Below are positions 1 through 15,789 of a stretch of 64,000 nt of DNA, in pieces; position 1 is the stretch's first letter; each line of letters opens with the position of its first letter. The notes under the pieces were generated by a model. It saw only the letters and a list, made by a program, of their open reading frames with translations, had not been told where the DNA came from and ran no database searches. Source of the stretch: Octopus vulgaris (Eukaryota); NCBI GenBank assembly GCA_951406725.2, contig OX597815.1, positions 62,310,001 to 62,374,000 on the forward strand. The letters run 5' to 3'. The position numbers and the translations under genes were made by a program.

Positions 1-345
1 CAATGGTGATGAAGATGATGATGATGGCGATAATTATGGTGATGACGACGACGACAACGATGACGACGACGTGATGATGATGATGATGATGATGATGATG
101 ACGATGATGATGATGATAATGATGATGGTGATGATAATGATGATAATGATGATGATGATGATGATGATGATGATAATGATGATGATGATGATGATGATGA
201 TGGTGATGATGATGGTGATGATGATGGTGATGATGATGGTGATGATGATGATAATGATGATGATGATGATGATGATGATGGTGATGATGATGGTGATGAT
301 GATGGTGATGATGATGGTGATGATGATGATAATGATGATGATTAT
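1..345. repeat. (GAT)n/(GAC)n microsatellite with GGT/AAT variants
   Basis: Direct reading; explains the poly-M and poly-I ORFs. Confidence 0.95.
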
Positions 346-748
346 AAACACATGAAGTAGCGTTAACATTTTTAGCAGACATGGCGGCAACGATAGAAAG
401 AGCAGCGAATGTCACAAAACAATAGGAAATAATTTTAAATACGAAACAAAAATTAAAAGCAAAATTATAAAACAAAAAAAAAATCATACAAAAAATCTAC
501 AATGACGGCGAGGATAACGAGAAAGGGGTGTAAGGTGATGGCGGCGGAGGATATCATAAGTCTGCCCGCCTCAGCTAACATCACCACCACCAACAACGCG
601 CCGCCGCCGCCACCGCCTCAGCCCTAACAATAACAAAAACAGTAGGAAAAGACAATAGCAACATTGAGAACAAGAAGAAAAGCGAGATTACAATAGATAC
701 AAAGCAGAGAATTAGTAACAAAACTTACGCATAGACATAGTTACGTAC

Positions 749-787
<39 letters not shown>

Positions 788-1299
788 ATACATAAATGTA
801 TTCATTTATACAATATGAGTGTGTACGTGTGTGTATGTGTGTGTATAATATAATATATAATATATGCAATAATTATATCTAATAGTATGTATGTATTAAT
901 GCATCTATGTGTGCGTGTACATATGTGTGTGTGAGAGTATATATATATATATATATATATATACATACATACATACATACATACATACATACACACAGGC
1001 GTATGTACGTACATAAATACATACATGCATGCATACATGCGTGTATACATACATACACACATACATACGTACATATATATGACGAACTAACTGTTACTTT
1101 CTCAGATGCAGCACGGATTTTTGTCAGTGAACAGGTCGCGGATTTTAGCGACGAAAATATTTTGACAAATTAAACTTAAATGTTGAAGTCAATCGAACAG
1201 CTTTTGTGTGTTTCTTAACTGGCTTACAAACACCTTCCACGCTGCAATTGTTTTCGTTCCAGCACACGATCTCAGATCAAATCCCTTGCTATGCGAGTA

Positions 1300-2372
<1,073 letters not shown>

Positions 2373-4416
2373 TATATATATATACATACATATATATATA
2401 TATATATACATGTAGGTATATATACATACATTCAGTGTTACTTTGCAGGCCATAAACTGCGACCATAGTGGAGCACCATCATCAAAAGTTTCTTATCTGC
2501 TATAGGGATTCCAGTAAGTTTTCTCACATGATACGTATATTAACGGGTATATCACCATTTACTGAGAAAAGGGATACAACTCAACACAGCGACTTACACC
2601 AGTATAGTAATCACATAGACGCACACATACACTGCTCTTTCTTTCTCTCTCTCTCTCACAAACACACACATTTGCACATATTTGCACGCACGTGTGTGTT
2701 GTAGCGAAGTGAGCTTAACTTAACCATGCGGGAAAATATTCATACATATGAAATATAGTATAGCCATAAAGCATTTATTTTATGCTTAATTCATTGATGT
2801 AGTTTCGGACGTGAATATGCTGATCGCTGTTGATTTCGCTCATGGGAGAACACCATCTGCTGTTAGACGATGTATGTTCGTAATTCATTGCTGTAAGGGG
2901 TTTTTAAGACACTTAAAGTGTTTCGACCTTTTTGTGTGTCCCCTCAATCAAAGTTACTCCGGGTTGATGAATGTCACAAGAAAACTTGTTCTCGATTATA
3001 GGAATGTTGATGCGTGCTGCTGTTTGCCAAACAGTAATTTATAAACACACGCAGGCAAGCGAAGACAAAATACGACCTTACACGCGAGTCCCTACAATAC
3101 TCTGTCCCGGAAATGCCAGTTATGCTCCGAGGAGTCACTCTCGATAATGTTAACAAAGGAGCGCATTATAAATAAATTTATTGAACATTTACCCAGATGC
3201 CTACACGCAGTTACATACACATTCACATATTACAATCCCAACCATACATAACACTTGATGTATACATGACGCCCACAAATCTTAATACACATGAACTTGA
3301 GGAACCATATTCGAATAACTTGCATTTGACATATGATCTTGCAATCTAGATCCATATATGTATATGTATATATGTATGTGTGTGTGTATATATATATATG
3401 TCTGCATATTCATCTGTGCGCATTTGCGTTTTTATAAGTGCATATGCATACACACATATGTATACATATATATAATATATAATATACATGTATATATGCA
3501 TGTATGTATGTATATATATTTACTTATGGGTATATGTAAGTGTATTAACACGTGTGTGTGTGTGTGTATGTGTGTGTGTTAAACTTTGTATGTATGTATC
3601 TTGCTTTACGTACGATTCTATGCACATATTTATATATGCTATGTACGTATATTTATGTATATATACACGTGTGTACCCGCGTATACGTGTTCCTACACAC
3701 ATAAAATGTATATATTCATCCATACGTGTGCGTATGCGCGTGTATCTGGTTGTATGTATATGCCCATATACATGGATGTGCCTGTGTGAGCGCGTATATC
3801 TCTGTGTATGTATATATGCGTCTAAGCACGAACACAAAACAAATTTTCATGTCTGTGTTATCTTCCTGTCAACTTCTACTTCCTTTTCTTTCTCTTAACA
3901 GCGAAAGCTGATTACGTCATTTTCTCTGAACTAGAATGTATACTTCCCACGTTCGTATTTGAATTTTTTGCGTTTCAATAATTTTTCTCTGATTTTACTC
4001 ATTCTCGAATTTGATGGACATATAGCGGTACGTAAGCCGGCTCAAAAAATCTCTAGTGAGACTTTTTATTGATGTACCCGAAGAGACCCAGAACGGATCG
4101 AAACATGTGTTGTACCCAATAAAGTATATTACAAATTCCATCTCCTATTTCATTACTACGGTTTCCCCGACCGACACTACGAAGTTCCTGCAGTAAATCT
4201 ACGGTAATCGAAACTGCCGGTGCTTTATTTATCATCCATTTACACATTTTGCACAATTTCTTCATTATATGTACCAGGTGGTGCTAATAAGTTAGACATG
4301 GCCTGGGCCAATAATGGCCGAAACCTATCAAAGTATCAAAGTATGTATAAATATAAATATATACATATACATACATACACACACACACAAACACGCACAC
4401 ACACACACACATATAG

Positions 4417-4479
<63 letters not shown>

Positions 4480-4791
4480 GAGAGAGCAATTATAAATCTC
4501 TGAGCTAGAAGTAAACAATAGCAGCACGGAAGCGTGAAGTATATTTTCTACCTAAATATGGTGGACCCATAGGGGACGATGCTACTGTTGTTTATAGCCA
4601 CACGAAGACATCTCCAGCTGGCTAACGACACACTGGATCACTGGACTAGACTAGTTTCGTTTATCTGCCGTAAGCTCGTCGTCAGCAGTGACTAATCAAT
4701 CACTCTATGGTTTTGCTAAATCGAAATGTCAGGTGCTTCGGCACCCTCAGTTACAGCTAGTGGCGATATATATATATATATATATTGATAT

Positions 4792-4828
<37 letters not shown>

Positions 4829-4852
4829 CATGTGTCTGTGCGTGCATATATG

Positions 4853-4970
4853 TGATGGGCTGTCACACAGTTTTCGTCAATTAAATTCATTCACGAAGCA
4901 TTAATCGACTTGGGTCTATAATAGAAGTCACATGGCAAAGCTGTCATGTAGTGGGACAGAGCCTGAAGCA
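4853..4970 (-). mobile_element. Degenerate SINE family A fragment
   Basis: Diverged reverse-complement similarity to the head and core of the SINE at 19480. Confidence 0.55.
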
Positions 4971-5786
4971 TTATCACAAGATTAAGTTTTGATGGTAAAA
5001 TACGAATGAAGAATATTTGCACTTGCAGTATAAATGAAAAAAAAAAAACAATAACAAATTCATTGTATTTTTTTCAGATATGCATTATTAGCAAAAAATA
5101 TTTCAGTTACCCACAAATCGGATTTCGCGAGATCCTCAATCATGGCAAGCGCATTTAAAAAACCTTTTGCGAAAATACTGGTTGTCTTCTGAACACTTGT
5201 ATACAGACGTTAGAAGGCTCCTGCGAAATAATAGTCTTGTGATAATGTTTGGATCGCGTAAAGGGCTGTTAACCTATTTTATCGATCATATATTTCGATT
5301 ATCCAAGAGATTAAGAAGTACGGCAATTTCTATCAACAGTTACATATTTCACCAATATTTTCATACAACAGAACGAAGTTTATTTATCTCTGCAAGGGAA
5401 AAGAAGTAAATATTTTTTGAAGTTGAACATAAAATGGTGTCGTTCAGCGGAAGAAAATATTTTAAACCAATTTCCGATTCCAAGTGATTTCCTGTATGAG
5501 TTAAAGGAGGATCTAGTTTTAAATCTGCAACAGCATTAAAAATTATCTTTGCAGTTTGTTAGAATCTCTCGGAAAGTATTTTCCAAATTTGAAGACCGAA
5601 GAGAATTTAGGATAGTCTCAAGGTTCTGCTAGATGAACTACGAAATTTTTATTATTAAAATTCAGATGAGCTCTGGTAAGAATTTTCTGGTATGATATAT
5701 CAGAATTAAAATAGAAGTATGGGGTCCACTAATTCTGGAAAGTGGTACTAGTGAGATAAGGTAAAAATAACCCCCACTGTAGCGGA

Positions 5787-5846
<60 letters not shown>

Positions 5847-5909
5847 GGTGGTGGTGGTGGTGGTGGTAGTAGTAATGACTCTGAAGCAGTGGGATCAGAT
5901 ATATATGTG

Positions 5910-5992
<83 letters not shown>

Positions 5993-6039
5993 TATGGTCA
6001 TAGAATTAAAAAGAAAAAAATAAAGTGTAAGATGGTAGA

Positions 6040-6290
6040 TAGTGTGAAAATAGAGAGGCTACAGAAGAACTTTAAAAATTAGGAAATATCAGGACCTAGT
6101 GAGAGAGATGACGAGTTTGTGGTAGTCAAAGGTGATAATTATTCTACTTGGCACAACATCCAAACTGCTGCCTAAAAGACTGAATAAGATTGGAATTGAA
6201 ACTCGCATTGTCGACCTGCAGAAGAGTACCATCCTATACTCTTCAAGAATCCTTAGAATTATTGTTGAGATTAGAGGTAACATGTTGTAA
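6040..6290 (+). mobile_element. 3' fragment of an RLE-type LINE (R4/Dong-like)
   Basis: Translates with stops to KLGKYQDLVREMTSLW...LQKSTILYSSRILR, the C-terminus of the restriction-like endonuclease. Confidence 0.65.
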
Positions 6291-6439
6291 GCAAACCGCA
6301 TGATAAAATTCCTGCAAATTAAATTTGCATGTACTAACTTGATGATGATGATGATGATGATGATGATAATGATGATGATAACGATAATGATAACAATAAA
6401 AAATGTTAAAATAGTGCAGCAAAAAAACGAAAAATCTTA

Positions 6440-6955
6440 TGCTGTGTGTGAGTGTAGCAAACTGGCCCCAAAACACTACAAAAGGAGCTTCGATAACGTG
6501 GCTAAGTTTTTTCACTGGAGATTGTGTGAAAAATACGGTCTAGGAAGGACACGGAAATGGTACAAACAAGAAGGCGCCACGGAGAACAATGAATATATGA
6601 TCTTGTGTGATTTTACAATCCAATGTGACTGCCTAATCGATTCTCGGAGACCAGATATTGCTGTTGTAGATAAAAGGAAAAAGGAAACTAAGATCATAGA
6701 AATTGCCATACTTAGGAGCGCACACGTAGGCGACAAAGAACTGGAAAAGGTGGAAAAATACAATTTACTAAAATACGAAATTGCAAGAGTGTGGTCAGCG
6801 AGGAGGGTAACTGTTGTAGGGCAGTCGGGGCACTGACAACCAAGTTCGAGTAATATGTCGGAGAAATTGGAATTGATATGAGGACAGAATATGTCCCCGC
6901 CAAACTACTCTTTTGGGGGCAGCTAAGATTTTGAGTCTAGTACTTAGGTGTTGAG
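6440..6955 (+). mobile_element. 3' fragment of an RLE-type LINE (R4/Dong-like), PD-(D/E)xK endonuclease
   Basis: ORF 6300-6836 contains C.KLA...YK...DNVAK..HW.LC, RRPDI.VVDK, IIEIAI and EK..KY..L..EI...W. Confidence 0.85.
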
Positions 6956-7269
6956 TATCTTACATGGAACCTAACTCCTAAGAACTAAAATTTATAATTT
7001 GTAGAAAGAGACATTGTGAGGCCTTTGACAAAAGGGTGCTGTCCGCTCTCATAGAATTAACCAGAGCAAGTAAGAGTTCTGAGAAGTAAAATATAGTAAT
7101 AATAATATAGCAATAATGGTGATTTCTTTTTTTCCACATGAAATGTTGACCCCCAAGATTTGAATGTAGACCATAAAGAGTCGAAGCAAACACTAGAAAA
7201 CATTTTAACCTCCGCTCAATCTCTGTCAATCTCCCATCCCGCGCCACAAGTAACCATAACAATAAGGAC

Positions 7270-7350
7270 AAAAGGAAAACAAAATGCGAAATCATCATCA
7301 TCATCATCAGCAGCAGCAGCACCACCACCACCACCACCACCGTCGTCGTC

Positions 7351-7406
<56 letters not shown>

Positions 7407-7470
7407 AGCAACAACAAAGCAACAACAGCAACAATAAGAACATCAATAGCAAAAATAACTAGAGTAACAG
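7270..7470. repeat. Compound CAT/CAG/CAC/CAA microsatellite
   Basis: Direct reading. Confidence 0.9.
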
Positions 7471-7754
7471 TTTGAGCAACAACAATCATTGCAGCTGCGC
7501 CGTAATGTCATCAGGAACAAAGAGTTAAGAGTGACACATCAAACATCAGTGTTGGTAATGTTGCTAACGCCACCTGATGAGAAACGTTAACATTAGATTT
7601 AACTGTGAAGAAATATCGGTAATTTTACAGCGAGTGGCGACATCTAGGTAATAAATTTACATCCACTTGAATCAGGAATACATTTCAACCATTCCAACAT
7701 CGTCGCTGCTGCTGCTACTCATGATGATGATGATGATGATAATGATGATGAGGA

Positions 7755-7822
<68 letters not shown>

Positions 7823-8007
7823 ATGCTGAGGTTAATAATGATGTTGCTGCTACAACTAGTAATACTAATGATTAGGATGATGTATATATATATATGTATG
7901 TATGTATGTATAAACATGTATACACACACACAGACACACACACATATATATATATATACATACATGCATACATACAAATTTATATATATATATATATACA
8001 CGCACAC

Positions 8008-8038
<31 letters not shown>

Positions 8039-8073
8039 TGTATGTATGTATGTATGTATGCATGTATATGAGT

Positions 8074-8125
8074 AGCGTGAAGGCGCGAGGCTTAGTGGTT
8101 CGGGATGATCGGCTCACGATCAATT
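8074..8125 (+). mobile_element. SINE family B head fragment
   Basis: GAAGGCGCGAGGCTTAGTGGTT...CGGCTCACGATC resembles the head of the SINE at 29456. Confidence 0.5.
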
Positions 8126-8382
8126 TAATAACAGTTTCAGCCAGCTTCATGCATCCTAAAGTTCCGTCGCCTCGCAGAATGAATCTAGCTCGTCAGACAA
8201 GATTTGCTGTCCACCTTTCTACATCTTCTAAAAGGTAGTTACTCGATTTTCTAAGCTGTCTCGATAGCTATCATGCGTTCGAAAATTCCTTTATCTTTTA
8301 TTAAATACCGACACACTCATCGCTTCTAAGTTTATTTACAAAATGTTCTCTACATATATATTATATGTATATATACATATAT

Positions 8383-8875
8383 AGCCAGAGCCACGCTAAT
8401 AGCTTGGATTTCTTTTTTTTTTTATGAAAAATTTTCCCAGCTGGTTTGCACACAATGGCAACACTATTGTTATGTTTTCATTATTCCGTAACGTCCTTTC
8501 TTTGTTATTTCAGAATCTATAGTTTTTGGGTGAACCACGCTAATAGCGTTTCTCCTCTCTGAGAACAATGGGACTTGGAAAAGGCCTTAACGATGAAGAA
8601 AAGTCTGTCATCTCTCTTCATGTCATCGTCGTGTGGACACTGTTAGACGATTCCTGAAGAACCCTTCGCCAAGGAAGAAACGATCCGATTGTGGGACCTC
8701 CAAGACTGTGACAGCTAGGAATTTAAGGAATATTGGCCTCAAGTTACGTGGGAAACCTGGACAAACAAGTAAAGCCATTTTCATCGCCTCCGGACTTCCT
8801 CACGTAACGAAAACTACCAAAAATCGCATCCTCGAGACCATGTCTTCCATTCCAATGAAAGGCAACCCTTTCTGA
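8383..8875 (+). mobile_element. Tc1/mariner remnant (left end plus N-terminal HTH of transposase)
   Basis: MGLGKGLNDEEK from 8568, then TVRRFLKNP..RKKRSDCG..K.VTAR.LR.I...LRGKP..TSK.IF; 13-bp repeat CCACGCTAATAGC at 8391 and 8535 resembles transposase-binding direct repeats. Confidence 0.7.
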
Positions 8876-8933
8876 TCCAGTAAACTATCTTTCCCTTGCT
8901 GTCATTTCTCACAACTCCCCTGCAACGAGCCCC

Positions 8934-8934
<1 letters not shown>

Positions 8935-8996
<62 letters not shown>

Positions 8997-9070
8997 CATC
9001 TATCTATCTGTCTATCCTAGCTAGCCGAAACTTCGAAGTCACTATCAACAACTTACTGCCATAAGAATAA

Positions 9071-9160
<90 letters not shown>

Positions 9161-9169
9161 CCTACCTAC

Positions 9170-9220
<51 letters not shown>

Positions 9221-9252
9221 CCTACCTACCTACCTACCTACCTACCTATCTA

Positions 9253-9300
<48 letters not shown>
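8935..9300. repeat. (CT)n, (TATC)n, (TACC)n, (TGTC)n microsatellites
   Basis: Direct reading. Confidence 0.9.
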
Positions 9301-9301
<1 letters not shown>

Positions 9302-9319
9302 TTATCCATATCTCTTTCT

Positions 9320-10450
9320 GTTCTACTGACCACCAGAATGGCTTTCTCAGAACCAGATCCAGAGGAGATCTACACTCTTTCGTTATTCACCAGTAGAATC
9401 TCTAAGAGAATTTCAGCGGCAGTAATATTGCTACCCTAATCAACAGCAAACCCTTCGTCCGTATGTAAGAAGACAAATGACTTGTCAAAACTTCTCGTCT
9501 ACGAGCTCCACTAATCTCTCATCTCTTGGATCAATAGCTTCCTATCATATCAACCCATTGTGGTATATGTTGACAGACCTCTTTGTGTCCTACATAAAAT
9601 CAAGTATGGATTTCCTCAGAGCTCGGTTTTGTTCCCCTTATTTCTTCCCTATCTACATTACACCTTCATTCTTTTCTACATTTCCCAACCATACATTATC
9701 CACATTCGAACTCGACATCTTACGCTACATCTCCATTGATACCATTAACAGAGGCCTTGAGAGCATCCTTCTATGAGGACATGCCTGCTTAGGTTCTATT
9801 AACAGCAAAAAACCCCAACTCAAGTACTACATATACTGAGAAAACACTAACACACTATATCACGCCATTAAGAGGAAGCATGACTCCAATATAGCATTCT
9901 CAGTTGATCCGAATCCTGGGCTTCACTATCATCCATGACCTCTCCTACTGAAAACACATTCTCAGCTTAGTTAGGACTGCATCGCAAAGATTGGCCCTTC
10001 TCTCCACACCGAGAAGCTATTTCAGTCCCCGAGAGTTGCAGATATTTTTCAAGATTCAGGTGAGACCCATAAGGGAATACTTTTCTCCCCACCACATCAC
10101 ATCTAGAATGATGCTGTTACTACGAACACAAACATTCGGAATCACATCTACAGAAGAACCACTCGACTAACTGGAATTCAGTGGCTAACACACTCCAGCC
10201 CCTGACACACAGCTGTACTTCCTCCCTTTTATCTTTTTTATCACAAATATAATATCTTCTGTTCCTCGGATATGGCTTGTGCGTCTCCACCGCTCGTTAC
10301 GTTTTGTGTGTTTTACCCTGAACAGACCATTGTGTCCAGTACTTTCTCCCCAGAACGTCGACTCTCTGAAAATTTCCCATTGCCTTGCCTATAAGTGATG
10401 AGCTGCGACAGTTTAAGTGAAATGTTTAAAAAGACTCAGTCTCGGAAGGA
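9320..10450 (+). mobile_element. Decayed CR1/L2/Jockey-group LINE reverse transcriptase
   Basis: Frameshifted PQSSVL-like motif near 9610; ILGFTI..DLS and HILSLVRTASQRLALL..RSYFSP.EL...FK.QVRP..EY at 9910-10090. Confidence 0.6.
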
Positions 10451-10787
10451 CTGAAAACGTCATAGGCAATGCACTTTCACTCAGAAAGGCAACTGAAGAG
10501 GGTTTTCTTGGTGTTGTTTCATTAGTTGGTTATGTTTTCAAGCTTGTTTCATTGAATGACTTCTAAGTTTTTGTAGCTATGGTTGTTCGTCGTACTTATC
10601 TATTGACTCCATTTAGATTTTGCATGTCCTTAATTAATTCTGGAATCGTCAGAGTTCCTGTTTATTTCCCTAGCTTTTGGGGGATTGTAATGGTTTAGGT
10701 TATTTAATTTAATGGAAACAGTTTTTAGGTGAGAGGTGTCACTTCTCATGTTGAGGCAATCTTATAAGATAAATACGTCGCGAATGA

Positions 10788-10836
<49 letters not shown>

Positions 10837-10964
10837 CATGCATATATATATATATATATGTAAATATATGTATCTATATGTACATATATAAATATATATA
10901 TACATATATATATATATGTATATATGAATATATATTTATCTGTATATATATCTGTGCGTGTATA

Positions 10965-11011
<47 letters not shown>

Positions 11012-11033
11012 TATACGTATATATATATATATA

Positions 11034-11546
11034 CTAGCAGTATCGCCCGGCGTTGCTCGGGTTTGTAAGGGAAATAACTATATAAGCATTTTTAGAGAGT
11101 TACTTCCCTTATTGATGCCAATTCGGGCTTTCTTAGCCATTTATGTTTTGGTGTCTTCAAGCCATGAAGTCGTTGTTCTAAAAGAACGCTGGTCTCCTTG
11201 ACAACGCTTTACGACGTTGATTTCCTTACACTCCCTTCCCCACAGCTTCACGAGGGAGGGAAGAAGGGGGAGAAGCAAACAGGTGCAGGTGTGACCGTGG
11301 ACGCCAACTTCGCCGCCATCGACACACGAAAAATTATGCATTAAAATGGAATAAAAAATGATGTTAAATTATTTTTAAAATCGTAGACTCATCGTAGACG
11401 TGCGCTAATACTCAGACGGGCTCGATATGAATCACGACTATAAGATACCCGAATTTGGTTAAACTGCACCGCAAAATGTGGGAGTAGTTAGGAATCTAAA
11501 TCGAAGGGGACAGACACTCACACAACTACAGTTTTATATATATAGA
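11034..11546 (-). mobile_element. Non-autonomous Helitron
   Basis: Minus strand starts TCTATATATAT, ends with hairpin CCCGAGCAACGCCGGG and CTAG; AT target; same 3' end as the copy ending at 20403. Confidence 0.75.
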
Positions 11547-11941
11547 TATATATATTTATATACATACATACCTGATGTCTGATGTGTGTGCTTGTGTGTG
11601 TGTGTGTGCGTCCGTGTTTGTGCATTTGTATGTATGTATGTTTGATGGTGGCTAGACTTGTTTGACGTCATGCACTCAACTGATATATACTTCAGATGTC
11701 TGAGAGCTGCAAGCAATATTGAATTTTACAGACGATAAAGTTCTTTTTTATTACAATATGTCCATTTAATGTTGTCTAACTTGGTGTGAGCCAAGCTGGT
11801 AAGTTTTTAAGACGTTCCCTTTGCAACTATGCGATTCTGGGTTTGGGCCAACACTAGGAAACTTTTGACACGTAGATCCTACCATAGTTTTGGGTCCAGC
11901 AAAGTCTTCTTAGTGATATTCAATTTACAGAAACACATACC

Positions 11942-12145
11942 ATGTATGTATGTATGTATGTATGTATGTATGTATGTATGTATGTATGTATGTATGTATG
12001 TATGTATGTATGTATGTGTGTATGTATGTATGTATGTATGTATGTATGTATGTATGTATGTGTGTATGTATGTGTGTGTGTGCATGTATGTATGTATGTA
12101 TGTATGTGTGTGTGTATGTGTGTGTGTATGTATGTATGTATGAAT
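11942..12145. repeat. (TATG)n microsatellite
   Basis: Direct reading. Confidence 0.95.
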
Positions 12146-12297
12146 GTACGTATGCATGCATATGTTCCTGTGTGTATGTTATTCAGATCCTATTTCCTGC
12201 CTAGAAACAAAGCTCAATAGAATTTAGACAGCACCAAACATGGTTGGGAGTCTTGTATGTATTTATGTATGTAAATATGCATACATATATGCATGTA

Positions 12298-12333
<36 letters not shown>

Positions 12334-14947
12334 TATAAACTCACATGCATTTACGTATGTTTGTATATATAGTCCTATATTTGCTTGCATACATACATAA
12401 ATACTTACAAAGATACACATACATACGTAAATACATAGATAGGTGCATAAATAAATGCATTCTTACAAGCATACATGCATGTATATAAGGTATCGCCACA
12501 GTGAAATTCAATTCTGTTCCCATTTGTAGTGAAAGTAAAACTATTGAACTTTGAATGATTGGCATAATGGATGACCACTGGATAACTACAAGAACAATGC
12601 GCTCATCCGCGGCTTGATTTCTTTCATTGCTTCATTGATCCCGCTATTGACCTTATCATGGCCTTTGATTCAGAGAATTGCGATGCAATGTGAATAATCC
12701 TCAGAAAAGGTAGTTGTCTTTTCCCGATTTTATCAACTCATTTCATGAAAATATGAGAACAATTCCATGGTCGATGATCAGACCCAATTTTTAAATTAGT
12801 GATTCTGCAAAGCAAAATGATGTACATACCTGAAAATATATTCATACACTTCTGGATAACTTTTCCTAGGCAGCTAAAATTTTAAACCTGAAAAATTGAT
12901 AAAATTGTTGTTCTCTGTCAGTCTTGTATCGGAAAGCTTCCTGTGGATCCTAAAACAGAGTTATGTGATATAACTTTGAAAAATATATTTTCTATCAAAC
13001 TTAGGTTGTGAGATAAATTTGTTCTTTTTTCTTTCTACTTTCACCCCATCATCTTGTGTCTGAAAAGAGAAAGCTATTAAAAAGTCCATAAAACCTTACG
13101 ATAGAAATATTTTTTTGTGAGTGTTAATTCAAATAATATTGGAAAGGATTAAAATAACTGGTGGTGATGGTGGGGTGGAGAATGGATTTATCTGCGACCC
13201 AACTGGAAATATATTTCAAAGTTCATGGACTGTGTTTCTATTGTTTCAACGATATCAAAACATGCATCTTCTCTGTTTTGTTTCATGTGAGAAACATCTT
13301 CAAATTTTTTTAAAGTTGGATTTTTCTTGTAGACACTAGGTGAAATAATATTGAAATTTCAGTGATAGCAAGTATTGCAAGCAAATATACTCTCTTACGA
13401 CGTAGCTAACTGAGATGTGCAAGTATTCTGGTCTGAAAAGATGACAAAAATTCCAAATTATGTACTCCACACAGAAGTATGTTCAAAGGAAAACAGCTAC
13501 TTACAAATCGAAGTCAAAGTACAAAATTGCTTTAAATTTGGGCGGTGGAAAGGTAATATTTTTGTAGAAAGTTGAGAAATAATTGCAATTGACAGGGAAC
13601 CATGGAAATAAAAAGGTTTTCGATGCATCCAGAGATTTTGAAGAGAATTGCGCTAAACACACAAAATTGAAACGAGGCACAGAGAATGAGGATTGCCATG
13701 GATATCAATAATCTCTTGAAATCTTGAACAAGATGCCGAGTTTTTCTTTCGAAGGCTGGTCTTTTTTTTAACCTATCAAGAGTACATAAGGTAAAGTAAG
13801 CTAATAATAAATCTTCGCCACCTGAAATAACAAATATTTGTTAATCAATAAATAATATTTTCCTTTGTTTTGGTGGCCGGAATTGCGTTCAACTGAGGGG
13901 TGGCATATATGTAATTAGTTTGCAGTAAAAGCTGCGGGCAAACACTTGTGCCAAAAGTCATTTTGGCTTCGTAGCTCATTTACAAGGAATGACAATACCC
14001 ACACGTACATACATACATACATACATACATACATACATACATACATACATACATACATACATACATACAATAAACATCTACATGTGTGTATGCATGCATA
14101 CACACATGTAGATGTTTATTGTAAATGAAATTTATATCATTGTTGTCTGACCTTTGCTCAGCTCTGATTGAGAGAAGCTATTACCAGAAGCGTTCCATCC
14201 GTTCCATCCAGTCGATAGATTTGAGATTTGAGGGAAATTTGACTTTTACTTTTAACGCTTCGTCGCAAATCCGTGCTGTTGGCCTTTGTTGATATTTCTT
14301 TAAATAGAATTAACTGCAGTCACTTAAATACTGTAAATGCAGGATCGCTTGAAACTATGGTCAGCTACGTTTTTGTTATATGTATCACTGAAGCTGAACC
14401 AGCAATGATTGCATAACACCACCACCACTACAACCATCAGGAACAGCAACAATACCCGAAGGAAAAACATAATAGTATAAGTGACATTTCAAATGAAAGC
14501 AGGTTTTACTGAAATAAAGGGAAGAGAAATGAAAGAAATACAAAAATATATATCAAGATGAAATCCTGACAAGGATTTGAGAGTTTGTCGATATCTCGGA
14601 ACTGAGCAGGTGGCTGAGGGTGAGTGGAGAGAAACTCGTTGTTTAGATCAGGTTTCCTGTGAGGAACTGGATGAGATATCTATCTCTTCCTGGATTGGAA
14701 TTTACTGTGTTTATTACAGGTAACATTCCATGAAGTCTTTGCCTCCATTTCCGGTAATTAGGAGAATGAAATGATCAATTCTGCCTAGAAACTCGACCAG
14801 GTTCCGGCAGAGGATTAAAACGTACGACCTATTTGCAAGTAATCTTATATCGTATCCATTGGGAACTTTTGTATCATTTTTTACGGAAAAAGACAAAGTT
14901 AGTGGTGAGCGAAATCAGTAAAACGCAGGACAAATATATCTTGGAGA

Positions 14948-15085
14948 AGGTGACGAGCTGGTAAAATCGTAGCACGTCGAGCAGAGTATCTAGCAGTATT
15001 TCTTCCGGTCTTTACCTTCTGAGTTCAAATCTCACCATGGTTAACTTTGTATTTCATTCTTCCAGTGTCGATGATATGATGTAAC
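14948..15085 (+). mobile_element. SINE family C (tRNA head plus MetaSINE-like domain), diverged
   Basis: GGTGACGAGCTGG...GAGTTCAAATC...TTTCATTCTTCC matches the copies at 52366 and 63712. Confidence 0.65.
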
Positions 15086-15394
15086 CTTGTCTTGCAGAGT
15101 TGGATGGATTAGCCTCATCCACAAAGTTTAAGGCTTCGTGGTGATGTCCTCAATCAACAATTAATTAAACCCTTTTTTAAATTCTGAATTGAAGTTTTAG
15201 CAGAATCACCTCTAATTTCATCTTCCTAGGTTTAAATAAAATAAATAACAAGATAACGAAGATCGATCAGATCTCCGACACCCTATCATCAAAGTTTAGC
15301 TGTGGTACTTGATGTTTTTAATATCGTGGGCCGGTAAATAATGAGGCAGAAACGAAACCGAAGAGGGGCCTGTTCTAGAAACCCCCTTCCTCCC

Positions 15395-15495
15395 GTCCGT
15401 ACCATAGAAAAGATGGAGTTACCATGACTGGAATATCAACTAACATAGGTCTGATGGATCAGGGTCGACTTGGGGCTAAACAACACCAACATCTG
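15395..15495 (+). repeat. Old short interspersed repeat tail with CAA-type end
   Basis: ...GGTCTGATGGATCAGGGTCGACTTGGGGCTAAACAAC; related diverged copies near 14140(-), 16660(+) and 30575(-). Confidence 0.5.
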
Positions 15496-15789
15496 CGTTG
15501 ACAACTTTTGTACAACAGGAAGACACTATCGACTGGTACCATTCACATTCAACATTCCTACCACCACCACCGCCACCCCACCTCCACACCACCCATCCAC
15601 CACGCAATCACCCACCCCACCCACCACCACTACCACCATACGCATCGTCATCATTGCTCCCAGTAATACTACATCAACTTAACAAAAACATGACACTGTC
15701 ACCTCAATTCCCACTACTCTAACATCTTAAGTGGTGGATAGATCCGTTTGAAGTAGCAAGCAAATCTCCGCTACACCACCCTCCTCATA

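Noticed and set aside
7568-7592. CTGATGAGAAACGTT, adjacent HHR core strands
   Set aside because: There is no stem II and no convincing stem I; probably chance.
12590-13900. Complex stretch resembling a decayed transposase or a host exon
   Set aside because: No continuous reading frame or diagnostic motif could be established.
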